Shown one piece after another: positions 15,234 through 16,252 of a stretch of 16,252 nt of DNA; within the stretch, counting starts at the first letter, position 1, and each line of letters begins with the position of its first letter. The notes below the pieces were generated by a model. It was given only the letters and a program-made list of their open reading frames with translations. It searched no databases and was not told the origin of the DNA. The translations under genes were made by a program, and so were the position numbers. The stretch comes from a bacterium (GTDB taxonomy: Bacteria; Cyanobacteriota; Vampirovibrionia; Gastranaerophilales; JBAXKC01): NCBI GenBank assembly GCA_037137535.1, contig JBAXKC010000049.1, forward strand, positions 1 to 16,252, read 5' to 3'.

Positions 15234-16154
15234 ATGAAAAAGTTTGGGGTAAGGCTCTTAAAGAACCGATTAAATCCTATAAATATTCCGGAAGGAATGG
15301 AGCTTCAACATGGGCAAGTTGTTCTTCTTTTAACCGAAAAAGGAGAAGAGGCTGCTAAAGTTGAGCAAATTCCTTGCTGTGTTTATAAAAAATGGGGCAA
15401 AAACCTACCAGCTCCCCTAGAAGTAGTAAAAGTTCTTAATAAAGAAGATCTCGAGTATTTAAAAATTCTTGAAAAAGAGGAAATGGAAGCGTTTCAAAAG
15501 GGTAATGAGTTAATTTCTACTCATAACCTGCCAATGAGACTTGTAAATGCTAAATTTACTTTTGATAAGAAGAAAATTACTTTTTACTTTACTGCACCAA
15601 ATAGAGTTGATTTCAGAAATCTTTTAAAAGACTTAACTCAAGTTTTCAGAAGAGTAAGAATTGATTTAAGACATATTGGTGTAAGAGATGAAACCTCAAT
15701 TTTAGAGGGAATAGGTCTTTGCGGAAAAGGTTTATGTTGTTGTACGTGGTTAAGTGATTTTAGTTCAATTAATATAAAATTGGCTAAAGATCAAGGAATG
15801 CCGATAAATCCGAGTAAAATATCGGGTGTATGTGGTCGTTTGTTATGTTGTCTTAACTATGAATATCAAAACTATATTGATGCAGCTGTCGGAATGCCTC
15901 CTGTAGGAAGTGGGGTTATGACTCCGGACGGTATTGGTCGAGTTAGTGCACTTCATTTCCTTAACGGTAAACTTGCCGTTAAACTTGAAGACGGCAAAAT
16001 CAAAGACTATGAGAAAAAAGATATTGAAATGATTGATGATGATATCAGCAGCATAGAAATTGATGTTAGACCTCAGTACAGAGATGAAGAAGAAGAACAT
16101 GTCGACTTAAAACAATTAGAAGACGATGAGCAAAGTTATACTAATAATATTTAA
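15234..16154 (+). CDS. ricT: PSP1 C-terminal domain protein, RicT/YaaT-like Fe-S cluster-binding regulatory subunit
   Basis: Motifs FYFTAPNRVDFRNLLKDL, RIDLRHIGVRDE, GLCGKGLCC, AKDQG and KISGVCGRLLCCLNYE, plus an acidic tail. TATAAT at 15186-15191 and AAAGGT lie upstream. Confidence 0.88.
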   Translation: MKKFGVRLLKNRLNPINIPEGMELQHGQVVLLLTEKGEEAAKVEQIPCCVYKKWGKNLPAPLEVVKVLNKEDLEYLKILEKEEMEAFQKGNELISTHNLPMRLVNAKFTFDKKKITFYFTAPNRVDFRNLLKDLTQVFRRVRIDLRHIGVRDETSILEGIGLCGKGLCCCTWLSDFSSINIKLAKDQGMPINPSKISGVCGRLLCCLNYEYQNYIDAAVGMPPVGSGVMTPDGIGRVSALHFLNGKLAVKLEDGKIKDYEKKDIEMIDDDISSIEIDVRPQYRDEEEEHVDLKQLEDDEQSYTNNI

Positions 16155-16173
16155 GTTGTTCTTATCATAAAAA

Positions 16174-16252
16174 TTAAAAAGATATTTCTTCGGTTAGAAG
16201 GGAGCTTAAATAATTTGTCTGATTCTCCGATAGAATCGAGTTAGAATAAAGA
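16174..16252 (-). CDS. Possible 3' end of a convergent gene running in from beyond the window
   Basis: A minus-strand frame is open from the window edge (LYSNSILSENQTNYLSSLLTEEISF) to a TAA at 16176-16174, 19 nt from the ricT stop. Too short to identify. Confidence 0.3.
   Translation of the reverse strand, partial: LYSNSILSENQTNYLSSLLTEEISF

Noticed and set aside
15843..16100. 85-aa minus-strand ORF
   Set aside because: Antisense to the ricT-like gene; a shadow ORF.

Overview
An AT-rich bacterial chromosomal window with about 16 protein-coding genes and no recognisable mobile element, CRISPR array, rRNA or tRNA. The minus strand carries a Zn-ribbon M48 (HtpX-like) peptidase, a TPM-domain / nucleotidyltransferase-fold / LemA operon, a lineage-specific single-TM protein, and a tightly packed grpE-dnaJ-beta-propeller-O-methyltransferase-mqnE-mqnA-ctpA operon. 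The plus strand carries a GYF_2 membrane protein, speE-speB and a PSP1/RicT (YaaT)-like Fe-S protein. A cyanobacterial-type CtpA N-terminus in a low-GC context suggests a non-photosynthetic Cyanobacteriota relative (Melainabacteria/Vampirovibrionia); this is inference only. The most interesting unannotated signal is in the ~790-bp grpE/speE intergenic region. There, a TATAAT box precedes a ~70-nt C/U-rich candidate small RNA whose terminator loop is the reverse complement of an SD plus AUG, and upstream lies an array of TGTA/TACA operator-like repeats. Also notable are the apparently catalytically degenerate nucleotidyltransferase in the LemA/TPM operon and a perfect 35-bp palindrome at 5253-5287. 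All family calls come from recognising motifs by eye; no database searches were run.
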